Shown here: one piece after another, positions 35,790-45,110 of the stretch
Layout: each line of letters begins with the position of its first letter
Position numbering within the stretch: position 1 is the stretch's first letter
Source of the DNA: Bdellovibrionia bacterium
GTDB lineage: Bacteria > Bdellovibrionota > Bdellovibrionia > Bdellovibrionales > JAGQZY01
Direction: 5' to 3'
DNA length: 64,000 bases
Assembly (NCBI GenBank): GCA_030424715.1
Contig: JAUHWH010000003.1
Span: 4,148 to 68,147, forward strand
Made by a program: the position numbers and the translations under genes
The notes under the pieces: model-generated
The model's input: only the letters and a program-made list of their open reading frames with translations
Database searches by the model: none
Told to the model about the DNA's origin: nothing

Positions 35790-37178
35790 ATGGTTAACAA
35801 AATAGCTTTAGTGTGTATCATAATGTTTGCGCAGTTGGGGCTGGCTAACGCTTGTCCATCAGGGCTGCGAGCTTTCAATAAACAACTAGCGGGCAAAGAC
35901 ACGTGTGTCCTCGAGGGCACCTATGTTGGTGATCTAGAGCTGACTAGTGGTTTTAACTATATTCTTTTGGGTCCTGTGTACATTGGTAGCGAAAAAAGAA
36001 ACACCAACTTGCAATTGACTGAGCCCCTTCAGGCGGCCCAACTCACTATCAACCCTGGCGTGGCCATTTTTGCACTGAACCCGTCTAAAGATCGAACTGG
36101 TGTCTGGGCTGGGTTTAGCGATGCCAGTGGCAATCTTGTGCAGGGCGATGTGAAATCGTTTTTATCTGTCACTCGGGATTCGAAAATTGTGGTGAAAGGG
36201 ACGGCAGCGGCTCCTGTGCTGATGTCTTCAGCTCAGGGTGAGCATCTTGTTAATTCTGCAGAGGCGAAGCGTCCGGGCGACTGGGGTGGTTTGGTGATCA
36301 GCGGAAAAGCCAAGTCTAACAAATGTAATGATTTTGCCACGTGCACTCTTCCTGGAGAAGCCAACACCGGTTGGTACGGTGGTGACGACGACTATCACAG
36401 CTCTGGAGTTTTACAGTATCTACAAGTTGAGTATGGCGGAGACCGAGTGGACTCACAGAAAGAGCTTAACGGAATCACTTTCAACAGCGTTGGTCTGGGT
36501 ACTCTGATCGATAACATCGCGGTTCTTTACAATAGTGATGATTGCATCGAGTTCTTCGGTGGCGCTGTGACAGCAAAAAATGTGTTCTGTTATAAGGGCG
36601 AAGATGACGGTGTCGATACAACAGACGGAGCCCGTATCTTTTTGCAAAACGGGGTTGTTGTTGCTGAAGCCTACCCAACAGCAGGCGAAGACAACGATCG
36701 TCATATGGTCGAAGCCGATTCGTCGAAGTCTGACGTGAATAATCAAAAACTTCGTTCTCATCCTGTCCTCGTGAACTTCACCTTCTTTGGTGGTGTCAAT
36801 TCACAAGGCCTTAAGCTTCGTCGTGGCACCAACTACACGCTAATCAATTCCGTGATGGTGGGTGTGGACACGTGGTGTATGGATCCTGCCGGTGCCATGG
36901 ACCTTCTTTTTAGTTCCAATATTTTCGGTGACTGTGCGGCAACGGATCCTGTTGCTCAAATGTCGGGTAATGAATTTTCGACCAGTAACTCGATGATGAT
37001 GAATCAGTGGGTGCCCATGGCAAGCTCTCCTGTCCTTAAAGGGGCTGAGTACATCGAAGAGTTCTTTGCCGATGACATGGACCTCGATGAAGCTTTCGCC
37101 GATGTTTTTGAAGAAGTGGATTACCGAGGGGCGATCGGACAAGACGACTGGACCACTTGGATTCAGACGAGAGATTAA
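35790..37178 (+). CDS. conserved-looking secreted protein of unknown function, first gene of the TonB2-type locus
   Basis: 462 aa from ATG 35790, preceded by GGAGGGAG. The signal peptide is MVNKIALVCIIMFAQLGLANA. Other motifs include GDWGGLVISGKA, LQVEYGGDRVDSQKELNGITFNSVGLGT and SDDCIEFFGG, with an acidic C-terminal tail. Confidence 0.6.
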   Translation: MVNKIALVCIIMFAQLGLANACPSGLRAFNKQLAGKDTCVLEGTYVGDLELTSGFNYILLGPVYIGSEKRNTNLQLTEPLQAAQLTINPGVAIFALNPSKDRTGVWAGFSDASGNLVQGDVKSFLSVTRDSKIVVKGTAAAPVLMSSAQGEHLVNSAEAKRPGDWGGLVISGKAKSNKCNDFATCTLPGEANTGWYGGDDDYHSSGVLQYLQVEYGGDRVDSQKELNGITFNSVGLGTLIDNIAVLYNSDDCIEFFGGAVTAKNVFCYKGEDDGVDTTDGARIFLQNGVVVAEAYPTAGEDNDRHMVEADSSKSDVNNQKLRSHPVLVNFTFFGGVNSQGLKLRRGTNYTLINSVMVGVDTWCMDPAGAMDLLFSSNIFGDCAATDPVAQMSGNEFSTSNSMMMNQWVPMASSPVLKGAEYIEEFFADDMDLDEAFADVFEEVDYRGAIGQDDWTTWIQTRD

Positions 37179-37186
37179 AATAAAGT

Positions 37187-37212
37187 GGCCCCAAACAATG
37201 TTGGGCCTATTT
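37187..37212 (+). terminator. weak hairpin plus T-rich tail between the secreted-protein gene and the ttpB-like gene (possible attenuator)
   Basis: GGCCC(C)AA...TTGGGCC forms an imperfect stem at 37187..37207, followed by TATTT. The energetics are weak. Confidence 0.3.
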
Positions 37213-37274
37213 AAAAAGAGACGTCGAGAGAGTCCGAAATGGGCTTTCTCGATTTTCAGGTTTGAGGGGCGAAA

Positions 37275-38006
37275 ATGAGATTTAGTATATTGATGGCTTG
37301 TTTTTTGTGGAGTGCTTGGAGTCAAGCCAGTACCCAAGAGCTCTCTGCGAAAGTGATTGAGCTGCGCAAAGAGGTGGAGCTTCTCAACGACGAGTATAAG
37401 ACTGAGAGAGAAAAAGTCCTTAACGACATCAAAGTCTTAAGTATTCAAAAAGCCGAGCTGGCATCGAACCTTCGTAACGAAGAGATTCGTGAAAAGCAGC
37501 TTTTAGAAAAAATGAACAAATTAAAAAAAGAAATTGGCGAAAGCTCCATTGAGTCGCAAGAGCTACGTCCGTTGATTCAACAAACAGCACAATCCTTAGC
37601 TGTCTGGGTCGAAGCCTCATTGCCTTTCAAACAAAAAGAGCGTTTGGCCTCTATTCAATCTCTGCAAGATAAAATGCAAAAAAATGAAATCTCTGTTCTG
37701 AAAGCGGCCAATCAATTGTGGGCCTTGATCGAAGATGAAAAGCGTCTCGCTAGAGAAACCAGCCTGCATCGACAGAGTATTCCTGTAGATGGCAAAATGC
37801 ACTTGGCTGAGGTTGTAAAAGTAGGAATGCTATTTCTTTATTTTAAAACAGACAGTGGACAAGTGGGTATGGCTCTAAAAGACCAGTCTGGCTGGCTTTA
37901 CCGCTCTTTTGAGCAAACAGCCAAGCAAGAAAAGACGTTGGCTTTCTTTGAGTCTCTTAAAAAACAAATTCGCCAGGGGGCTTTTGAAATCCCCACCACC
38001 ATATGA
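37275..38006 (+). CDS. DUF3450-like periplasmic coiled-coil protein (TtpB-like TonB2-system component)
   Basis: It has a signal peptide and then a coiled coil. SLPFKQKERLASIQSLQDKM and LAEVVKVGMLFLYFKTDSGQVGMA match my memory of DUF3450. It sits immediately upstream of a long MotA/ExbB paralog. Confidence 0.6.
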   Translation: MRFSILMACFLWSAWSQASTQELSAKVIELRKEVELLNDEYKTEREKVLNDIKVLSIQKAELASNLRNEEIREKQLLEKMNKLKKEIGESSIESQELRPLIQQTAQSLAVWVEASLPFKQKERLASIQSLQDKMQKNEISVLKAANQLWALIEDEKRLARETSLHRQSIPVDGKMHLAEVVKVGMLFLYFKTDSGQVGMALKDQSGWLYRSFEQTAKQEKTLAFFESLKKQIRQGAFEIPTTI

Positions 38007-38013
38007 GGTTGTT

Positions 38014-39360
38014 GTGACATTATTCCGTAACATAATACTTGTTTTGTTAGTGGCCTCCCGGGCGCAGGCCGAAGGTGAAATCAAAAAGCCCCAGGTTGAC
38101 GAGCTTACAACGGCTTACCAGCGTGAGATTCTTTTTCTTTCAACATATAAAAAAGAGCTGCAGAGTAAAATCCAGTCCATACAATCCAATCTCGGACAAA
38201 AAGTCACGGAGGCACGAAAAGACCTGACTCAATTAGAGAGTGAATGGTTGCGGGCGCAAACCAATAATGAGCTATTAATCCAAAAACTGAGCGACGTTGA
38301 AAGAGACTACGAAAACCGGCAGGAGAACCGAGATCTTTTAAACACAACGTTAAAACAGGCAGCGCTGTCAGGGGCTGCAGATGGTGTTGCGAGCGAGGGC
38401 GAGAAAATCGAAACTCCCTTGATTGACCAGATCACAGGAGTCTACTCCACGGCTCTGACCGATCTTGATAAAACTCTGAAAGTGCAAAAGTCTAAAGGCT
38501 CCTTCTTTCTAAAAAACGGTGAAGAAAAACAGGGTCATCTCATTTCTTTGGGCACTGTGGCTCGCTTTGCTGAAGTCGATGGCCGTGTGGCATCTCTTTA
38601 TCCCACCGGAGGCGGCCACTTTCGAGTTTGGGAGTGGTTAGATGGATCGGCGGCATCTCTTAAAGAGGGGCGAGTTCCAGAGTCGCTGAAGTTCTTTTTG
38701 TTTGAAAACGCAGAGAAAGAGTTTACGGCCCAAAAAGAAAAAACAACGATGGATGTTCTTCGATCTGGTGGACTGATTGGCTGGGTGATTGTTGTCATGG
38801 GCCTGTTTGCTGCCTTGATTTCAGTGATTCGCTATGGGCTTTTGCGGAGGGCTCAAAGCCACAACGATCAAAGGCTTTCCGAGGCTGTGTCTAAAATCCA
38901 GGGCGGCGAAGTCGAAGAAGCCCAACACTTGCTTGTGCGAGAGAACAGTGCCGTGTCGCGGGTGCTGACCAAAACGCTGAGCTACCTGAAGTCAGAGCCT
39001 CAAAAAGTGGAAGATGCCATCATGGAGGCCATTCTCAAAGAGTCACAGACCATCGACCGCTTTGGAGTGGTGATTCTCGTGATTGCGTCGGTGGCTCCCT
39101 TGATGGGACTTCTGGGGACCGTAACCGGCATGATCTCTACCTTTGATATCATCACTCTCTATGGAACAGGGAATCCGAAGTTGCTCTCTGGGGGCATTTC
39201 AGAAGCTTTGGTGACAACGATGTTTGGACTGATTGTCGCCATTCCGGCCCTCTTGGTGGGCCAGTTTTTAAGTTCCAAAACAGAGGGTATTAAATCTGAT
39301 ATGGAGAAGTGGGCCCTAGCGGCTTGTAACGCCTACAAAAATCAACCGGGACCATCTTAA
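38014..39360 (+). CDS. MotA/TolQ/ExbB-family proton channel with a long N-terminal coiled-coil extension (TtpC-like)
   Basis: The C-terminus reads APLMGLLGTVTGMISTFDIITLYGTGNPKLLSGGISEALVTTMFGLIVAIPALL. The N-terminal ~260 aa are coiled coil. GTG 38014 (GAGG 5 nt upstream) gives a signal-like N-terminus TLFRNIILVLLVASRAQA. The track ORF start at 37909 lies inside the upstream gene. Confidence 0.75.
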   Translation: MTLFRNIILVLLVASRAQAEGEIKKPQVDELTTAYQREILFLSTYKKELQSKIQSIQSNLGQKVTEARKDLTQLESEWLRAQTNNELLIQKLSDVERDYENRQENRDLLNTTLKQAALSGAADGVASEGEKIETPLIDQITGVYSTALTDLDKTLKVQKSKGSFFLKNGEEKQGHLISLGTVARFAEVDGRVASLYPTGGGHFRVWEWLDGSAASLKEGRVPESLKFFLFENAEKEFTAQKEKTTMDVLRSGGLIGWVIVVMGLFAALISVIRYGLLRRAQSHNDQRLSEAVSKIQGGEVEEAQHLLVRENSAVSRVLTKTLSYLKSEPQKVEDAIMEAILKESQTIDRFGVVILVIASVAPLMGLLGTVTGMISTFDIITLYGTGNPKLLSGGISEALVTTMFGLIVAIPALLVGQFLSSKTEGIKSDMEKWALAACNAYKNQPGPS

Positions 39361-39941
39361 TGTCGATCTGGGGGGCCTTTGATTTTTTAACGAAGGGGGG
39401 CTGGGTGGCTTGGGTGTTGGCCGGGTTTTCCATTGTGCTCTGGTATGCTATCGGCTATCGATTTTTGTTTTTGCGATCAAAATACCTACAAAGACAACCG
39501 GAGTCGCTCTTGAAAGAAAATCAACTACAAGTCACAGATCTGCTGGGTGACGTTGTTTTGGCAGTAAAAAAACATAAACAGCATAACGTCTTGAACATTG
39601 AATTGGCTTTGCAGCACGAAATGCAAAGCTTTATAGAAAAGCTAAAGACCCACAAGCAAACAATAAAGTCCATAGTGATGGTAGCACCTCTTTTGGGGCT
39701 TTTGGGTACAGTCATCGGAATGATAGAGACTTTTGACTCTCTACAAGACTCAGCTTTATTTTCCCAAAGCGGTGGAATAGCAGGTGGAATATCACAAGCC
39801 TTGATCACAACCCAGATGGGTCTGGTGGTCGCGGTTCCCGGTCTCCTTATTGGCAAAAAACTGGAAAATCGTGAAAAAGAACTGGTCACCTATGTTGAAC
39901 GCCTGTTTGGCTTTGTTCAACTTCAAGGAGAGAAGTCATGA
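39360..39941 (+). CDS. exbB: ExbB/TolQ-family proton channel
   Basis: 193 aa. Contains APLLGLLGTVIGMIETFDSL...GGIAGGISQALITTQMGLVVAVPGLL. The start overlaps the upstream stop (TAATG). Confidence 0.85.
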   Translation: MSIWGAFDFLTKGGWVAWVLAGFSIVLWYAIGYRFLFLRSKYLQRQPESLLKENQLQVTDLLGDVVLAVKKHKQHNVLNIELALQHEMQSFIEKLKTHKQTIKSIVMVAPLLGLLGTVIGMIETFDSLQDSALFSQSGGIAGGISQALITTQMGLVVAVPGLLIGKKLENREKELVTYVERLFGFVQLQGEKS

Positions 39942-40348
39942 AGTTTGTGAAACGAACAACGGCGAGCCAAGAGGGCGTGGATGTCTCTCCTCTTATTGAT
40001 ATGGTGTTTATTCTCCTGATCTTTTTTATGGTGAGTACGACGTTTATTAAAGATATGCAGATTGACCTCAATCGTCCTGGTGCGGCCTCGAGCAAACCCG
40101 CCAGTAGCAAATCCATTCGGGTGTTTATCGATAACTCAGAAAAGATTTTTGTGGACGGTCAACATGTCAGGCCTTGGGTCTTGCAAAGTAAGATTCGAGA
40201 AATGGTTAGTAATCAAACCACGAAGTCGATCTTGGTGGTGACTGACAAAAAGGTCACGGCAGACACCCTTGTTGACGTGGTGGACCAATGTCGTTTGGCG
40301 GGAGTCAAAGACATTGGGGTGGCAACGGAGGCTGAAGTTGGCTCATAA
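39938..40348 (+). CDS. exbD: ExbD/TolR-family protein
   Basis: 136 aa. Contains VDVSPLIDMVFILLIFFMVSTTF. ATGA overlap with exbB. Confidence 0.85.
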   Translation: MKFVKRTTASQEGVDVSPLIDMVFILLIFFMVSTTFIKDMQIDLNRPGAASSKPASSKSIRVFIDNSEKIFVDGQHVRPWVLQSKIREMVSNQTTKSILVVTDKKVTADTLVDVVDQCRLAGVKDIGVATEAEVGS

Positions 40349-40964
40349 TAAAGACCCTTTCAAACTCAAAGCCATCGGAATTGCCTTTCTAGGATTTTTT
40401 CTGGTTGTCGTTCTCTTAAATTTTATGAATGGCAGCATAGAGTATTCGAAAAAGAAAGACATTTCCCAAGTCCAGTTCAAAACCAAAAAAGTGAAAAAGA
40501 AAAATCAGCAGAAGCTGGTAAAAAAGAAGGTTGTCAAAAAAAGAAGCAACAAAGTGAAGTCTTTAAAGCCGAAAATGGATCTGGCTTTTGCTAGTACGGG
40601 CATTGACCTGGGCATTGATATCTTGGGACTCTCGGCCGGGGACTCAAGACTTTTGAGTCAACAAGGTGAAACCGTGATGACCGAAGATGTGGTCGATCAG
40701 TTGCCCCAGGTTCAGTATCGCGAGCCCATCCCATATCCCCCTTCAGCAAAAGAAAACAACATCCATGGCCATGTCACCGTGAACATCTTAGTCAACAAAG
40801 GCGGGCAGGTCGATCAGGTCAAGCTTCTGGATAGTTCCCCTGAGGGTGTGTTCGATCAAGTGGCCATCAACTCGGTACGAGGGTGGAGTTTTTCTCCGGC
40901 AGAATACAAGGGACAGTTTGTGAGTGTGTGGGTTAAACAAAAACTTAAGTTTCAGGTGAACTAG
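40338..40964 (+). CDS. tonB: TonB-family energy transducer
   Basis: It has an N-terminal TM helix (AIGIAFLGFFLVVVLLNF) and a Lys-rich spacer. The C-terminal TonB_C domain reads PPSAKENNIHGHVTVNILVNKGGQVDQVKLLDSSPEGVFDQVAINSVRGWSFSPAEYKG. TTG 40338 (GGAGG 6 nt upstream) is my best guess for the start. The open frame begins at 40269. Confidence 0.7.
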   Translation: MAHNKDPFKLKAIGIAFLGFFLVVVLLNFMNGSIEYSKKKDISQVQFKTKKVKKKNQQKLVKKKVVKKRSNKVKSLKPKMDLAFASTGIDLGIDILGLSAGDSRLLSQQGETVMTEDVVDQLPQVQYREPIPYPPSAKENNIHGHVTVNILVNKGGQVDQVKLLDSSPEGVFDQVAINSVRGWSFSPAEYKGQFVSVWVKQKLKFQVN

Positions 40965-40966
40965 GG

Positions 40967-42154
40967 ATGAAAGCACAACCACTCTCTCATTTGACAAAGA
41001 CATGGGCAAGCTGGCTTTTGGTGGTTGCCTTGGCCGCGGTTGTTGGACAAAGGGGCCAGGCTGACGATAGCGCTGTCGAAGTGGACCACGTGGCTTTAGC
41101 TAAGATTTTGGTGAAAGATGCACACTACCAAAGAGCCGAGCGCACTCTTAACAAGTTAACGGACGATGAAAAGAGCGAGCAGGGGGCAGTGATTGAAGGC
41201 TTGTGGGGGATGATTCAGTTGCACAAGCAGCAGTATCAAGAGGCCCTTGGTTCTTTTGATCGATGTTTGGCATTGGGTATCGAGAATCAAGAGATTTATC
41301 TTTATCGGGCCGAGGCCCTGTTACAGCTGCAGCGTTACCAAGAGGCTCAGCAGAGCCTGCTGAAAATTGCCAATGAAGATAAAGAGAAGTTACCCTTTTT
41401 TGTTCTGCAAGCTGAGATTTTTTGGCGACAAAATCAAAAATCGAAAGCCTGGAGCACTCTCAACAGTGGCTTGACCCGGAATCTGTCAAAAACGGTTTTG
41501 TTAACTAAGAAGTTTCACTACCTTATCGATGAACAGCTCTACCTGAGTGCTGCAGACTTAGCTCAGAAGCTCCTTCAGTCTTCTGAAGCCTTTCAGGATG
41601 TATTGGCGATGGCCAGTCAGTTGCGGGTTCATAAACAGTATGCGCTGGCTCTGCCGCTTCTGCAGACCCTACAGGTGCTCAATCCCAAGCGTGAGATGGT
41701 GGCCTTAGAGATGGCGCAGAACTACTTAGCTCTCGGCGAAAAATTCTCTGCCGCTCTTGTGTTAGAACGGGCCGCGAAACATAATATTTCGTTGAGTTAC
41801 GAAGCCGCAGAGATGTTGCGCCAAGTGGGCAAGTCTTATCGTGCCCGCTTTTTAAACATGAGCACAATGGAGCCGGAAAAACGGCTCAAACAAAAATTGG
41901 CTCTTTTTCTCGAAGACGACGACTATAGTTCTCTCAAGTTTATGATTCCCCAGTTACAAAAAAACAAACTGCTTGAGGACCAAGAGATTCGCTACGCGGT
42001 CGCTTACTCTTTGTTTCGAACCGGAGACTTCAAGAAGTCAGAAGACTATCTGAACACTATTGATAAAGATGGGTTGTTTGAAAAATCCATCGAACTCAAA
42101 CGCGAAATCAGCAGTTGTCTGAGTGAGAAATGGGCCTGTAGTGAAACCATATAA
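40967..42154 (+). CDS. secreted TPR-repeat protein (TtpD-like position)
   Basis: 395 aa with a signal-like N-terminus. TPR-like helices include YQEALGSFDRCLALGIENQEIYLYRAEALLQLQRYQEAQQSL. Confidence 0.55.
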   Translation: MKAQPLSHLTKTWASWLLVVALAAVVGQRGQADDSAVEVDHVALAKILVKDAHYQRAERTLNKLTDDEKSEQGAVIEGLWGMIQLHKQQYQEALGSFDRCLALGIENQEIYLYRAEALLQLQRYQEAQQSLLKIANEDKEKLPFFVLQAEIFWRQNQKSKAWSTLNSGLTRNLSKTVLLTKKFHYLIDEQLYLSAADLAQKLLQSSEAFQDVLAMASQLRVHKQYALALPLLQTLQVLNPKREMVALEMAQNYLALGEKFSAALVLERAAKHNISLSYEAAEMLRQVGKSYRARFLNMSTMEPEKRLKQKLALFLEDDDYSSLKFMIPQLQKNKLLEDQEIRYAVAYSLFRTGDFKKSEDYLNTIDKDGLFEKSIELKREISSCLSEKWACSETI

Positions 42155-45110
42155 GGTCGTTCTCCTTATTCTTGTCTTTCCTTGGCTGCTCTGGGCCGAA
42201 CAAGGCGCTGTCGATGTTTTGGTTTCAGAAGGTGGTTTACCAAAAGAAAATTACGAGGTCATGATTGGCACCAAGAAGCTGCAAACCGATGACTTCGGCT
42301 ATGTCACTCTAGCCCTCGAACCCGGCGAGCATTTTCTTAATATCAAAGACGGTGAAACCTATAAAAATATTGCTTTTCGAGTCGAAGCCGATGAACGTAC
42401 GCAACTGTTGGTCAATATCTTTTCACAAGGCATCGTCAGTGATCTCTCTGAACCGACTCAGAAATTGAAAAAGGTCACAGACCCCAATGTGGTTCTGGGC
42501 GAACTCAACTTGAAGGTCTTATCGGTCAATGGGGAGCCCGTTGCGGGGGCAAAGGTCTACGCCCGAGGGACTGCTGTCACTGGATCGACCAGTCGGACGG
42601 GGAGCCTGGTTCTAAAACTCCCCAAGGGTGAGCAGGTGATCTCTGTCACCCACCCTAAGTTCTCGACACAAGTGGTCCGCAATATCGAAATTCAAAAAGA
42701 TCAACCCGAACTCCGCACCGTGGAGCTCACACCGACAGGGTTGGTTCTCGATGATTTTGTGGTTCTGGCCCCCAACCTGAAGGGATCGATTCAAGCCTTA
42801 ATCGAAGTGCGTCGCAAAGCCTCGGATGTGGCCGACGTGATGAGTGCCGAGCAGATGGCGAAATCTGGCGACAGCGACGCCGCCGGCTCTCTCCGTAGAG
42901 TCACCGGATTGACCTTGAAAGATGGTAAATATGTTTACGTACGAGGCCTGGGTGAGCGCTATTCGTCGACCTTGTTAAACGGCGTCGCCTTGCCCAGCCC
43001 CGATCCCACGAGGCGGGTGGTGCCTCTGGATTTATTCCCGGTCCAGTTTCTCGACAGTATGGTGATCCAAAAAAGTTATTCACCGAATCAGCCGGGTGAA
43101 TTTGGTGGAGGAGTGGTCCAGTTACAGACCAAGTCCATGCCGGATAAGTTCTTTTTAAAAACCTCTATTTCGGACACGGTTAATTCAAACACGGGCAATA
43201 TGGTAGGGAATGCCAGTGGTAGCTTGGACTGGCTGGGCGTGGATGACGGAGGCCGTAAAGCCCCCGAAGGCTTGGATGAAAACCCTCGTTTGATTTTGAA
43301 CAACAACCGCCATGCTCTCGAGCCGCTGGATTATCGGACCCTACGAGACTTTTCATTTTCCATGGGTGACAGCTGGAAAATGGGACCTATCAAAACTGGT
43401 TTTACCTTGGCGGGTTTGTACAAGGACAACATCAATTTTATAGAAGAAGAGCGCAATCGTTATGCCAAACCCGAGGGCACTCTGCAGCGCGAAGACAACT
43501 ACATTCGGGAGCGCACCCAAGAAGAGCGCACCGTCGGTGGTATTTTGGGTCACCATCTCAAGTTTAAGAAAAATCACAGTCTGACCACAAACTATATTAA
43601 CCTCCGCAACACCACCGATTACGTGGCGGTGATGGAAGGGGAGAATGCTGAAGGTAATAGAATTCGTCAAACGGAGTACGAATGGGCCGCACGAACCCTC
43701 AAAACCTTTATGTTGCAAGGGGAGCACAAGTTTCCGGTAGCCAATGATATAAAGGCCCGTTGGCATTTCGCCGAGAGCCATGCTCGCAGAGATGAGCCCA
43801 ATCGGGCCACGCTTCGGTACTCACCCGATAGTGACGGCAACTTTGCTTACAACCCACAAGACAACACCGCCTACGAAAGGCGCTACTATGATTTGCAAGA
43901 GCGTGCCGATGACTTTGGCTTTTCTTTAGAGTCGCCCTTTCCGTGGTTTTATAAAAGAAAAGGTCAGATCATGGTTGGTGTGACTCGCACCCGTAAAAAT
44001 CGCGTGTCGGGCATGCGGCGTTTTGCTTTAGACCCCAGCGGCGAAACTTGTTCTGCCGATCCAACAAGTAATTTCGACAACATTCTTTCAGAATGTGAAG
44101 ATGCTTTTATCGTAGTGAACACGACCCGTCCAACTGATAATTATTTGGCCTCTCAACTGCTAACGGCTTCTTATTTCAAGACAGAGTGGCCGCTGTTAAA
44201 AAGTTTAAGCCTGACAACCGGCATGCGCTTTGAAGACTCCACCCAAAAAGTCGACACAGTATCACCCTTCGGGAACGATGCGATTTCCAGTGAGCTAAAA
44301 ACCACCAATTGGTTGCCAGGCACCTCTCTAACTTGGAAGATGAATAAAAAAATGCAAGCTCGCTTGGCTTACAGCGAGACCATCTCCCGCCCTGATCTGC
44401 GAGAGCTTTCAGACACCGTCTGGCAAGACTTTGATAACGGTTTTGATGTACAAGGGAATCCGCAACTGAAAGCCACGGTCATTGAAAGCTACGATGCCCG
44501 CTGGGAGTGGTATTTTGCCACCCGCGAGAATCTCTCAGTCGGGGTGTTCTACAAAGACTTCACCAACCCCATCGAGAGCGTTTTCACGGCCGGGTCGGCG
44601 TCCGCCTTGTCTTTCTTTAATGTTTCCAGCGCCACGCTTTACGGTGCTGAAATCGAGATGTCTAAAAACATGGGCTTCGTTTCGTCTTGGCTCCGGCGTA
44701 TTTCATTTTCTGGGAACTATGCCTATATCTTTTCAAATGTTGAGCTTGGAGACATTCAAAATTCAGAGGGCATTGAAACCAACCGACCACTGCAAGGGCA
44801 ATCCAATTACACAGCGAACTTTCTTTTGGATTACGAGCACGAGCCCTATCGCTTGAACGCCAGTTTGGCTTACAATGTTTATGGTAAACGCATCGCTTTT
44901 ACCGCACCCGAGGGCTTGCCGAACGTGTGGGAGCTGCCGTTCCATCAGCTGGATTTTGTGATTCGAAAAAAAATTGGCAGCAATTTTAGTTTACAGGGAA
45001 AGATTCGAAACATTTTAAACCCTCGGGTTCGGCTCGAACAAGAGGGTGAAACTTGGCAAGCGTATCGTAAAGGACAAAGCTACACCATTGGTGTGGGAAT
45101 GGAGATATAA
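42141..45110 (+). CDS. TonB-dependent outer-membrane receptor with two N-terminal carboxypeptidase-regulatory-like domains
   Basis: It has two ~80-aa beta-sandwich-like modules (LNLKVLSVNGEPVAGAKVYARG...) and a TonB-box-like DDFVVLAP. The plug reads AGSLRRVTGLTLKDGKYVYVRGLGERYSSTLLNGVALPSPDP. A long barrel ends in TIGVGMEI. The start is either 42123 or 42141. Confidence 0.85.
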   Translation: MKPYKVVLLILVFPWLLWAEQGAVDVLVSEGGLPKENYEVMIGTKKLQTDDFGYVTLALEPGEHFLNIKDGETYKNIAFRVEADERTQLLVNIFSQGIVSDLSEPTQKLKKVTDPNVVLGELNLKVLSVNGEPVAGAKVYARGTAVTGSTSRTGSLVLKLPKGEQVISVTHPKFSTQVVRNIEIQKDQPELRTVELTPTGLVLDDFVVLAPNLKGSIQALIEVRRKASDVADVMSAEQMAKSGDSDAAGSLRRVTGLTLKDGKYVYVRGLGERYSSTLLNGVALPSPDPTRRVVPLDLFPVQFLDSMVIQKSYSPNQPGEFGGGVVQLQTKSMPDKFFLKTSISDTVNSNTGNMVGNASGSLDWLGVDDGGRKAPEGLDENPRLILNNNRHALEPLDYRTLRDFSFSMGDSWKMGPIKTGFTLAGLYKDNINFIEEERNRYAKPEGTLQREDNYIRERTQEERTVGGILGHHLKFKKNHSLTTNYINLRNTTDYVAVMEGENAEGNRIRQTEYEWAARTLKTFMLQGEHKFPVANDIKARWHFAESHARRDEPNRATLRYSPDSDGNFAYNPQDNTAYERRYYDLQERADDFGFSLESPFPWFYKRKGQIMVGVTRTRKNRVSGMRRFALDPSGETCSADPTSNFDNILSECEDAFIVVNTTRPTDNYLASQLLTASYFKTEWPLLKSLSLTTGMRFEDSTQKVDTVSPFGNDAISSELKTTNWLPGTSLTWKMNKKMQARLAYSETISRPDLRELSDTVWQDFDNGFDVQGNPQLKATVIESYDARWEWYFATRENLSVGVFYKDFTNPIESVFTAGSASALSFFNVSSATLYGAEIEMSKNMGFVSSWLRRISFSGNYAYIFSNVELGDIQNSEGIETNRPLQGQSNYTANFLLDYEHEPYRLNASLAYNVYGKRIAFTAPEGLPNVWELPFHQLDFVIRKKIGSNFSLQGKIRNILNPRVRLEQEGETWQAYRKGQSYTIGVGMEI

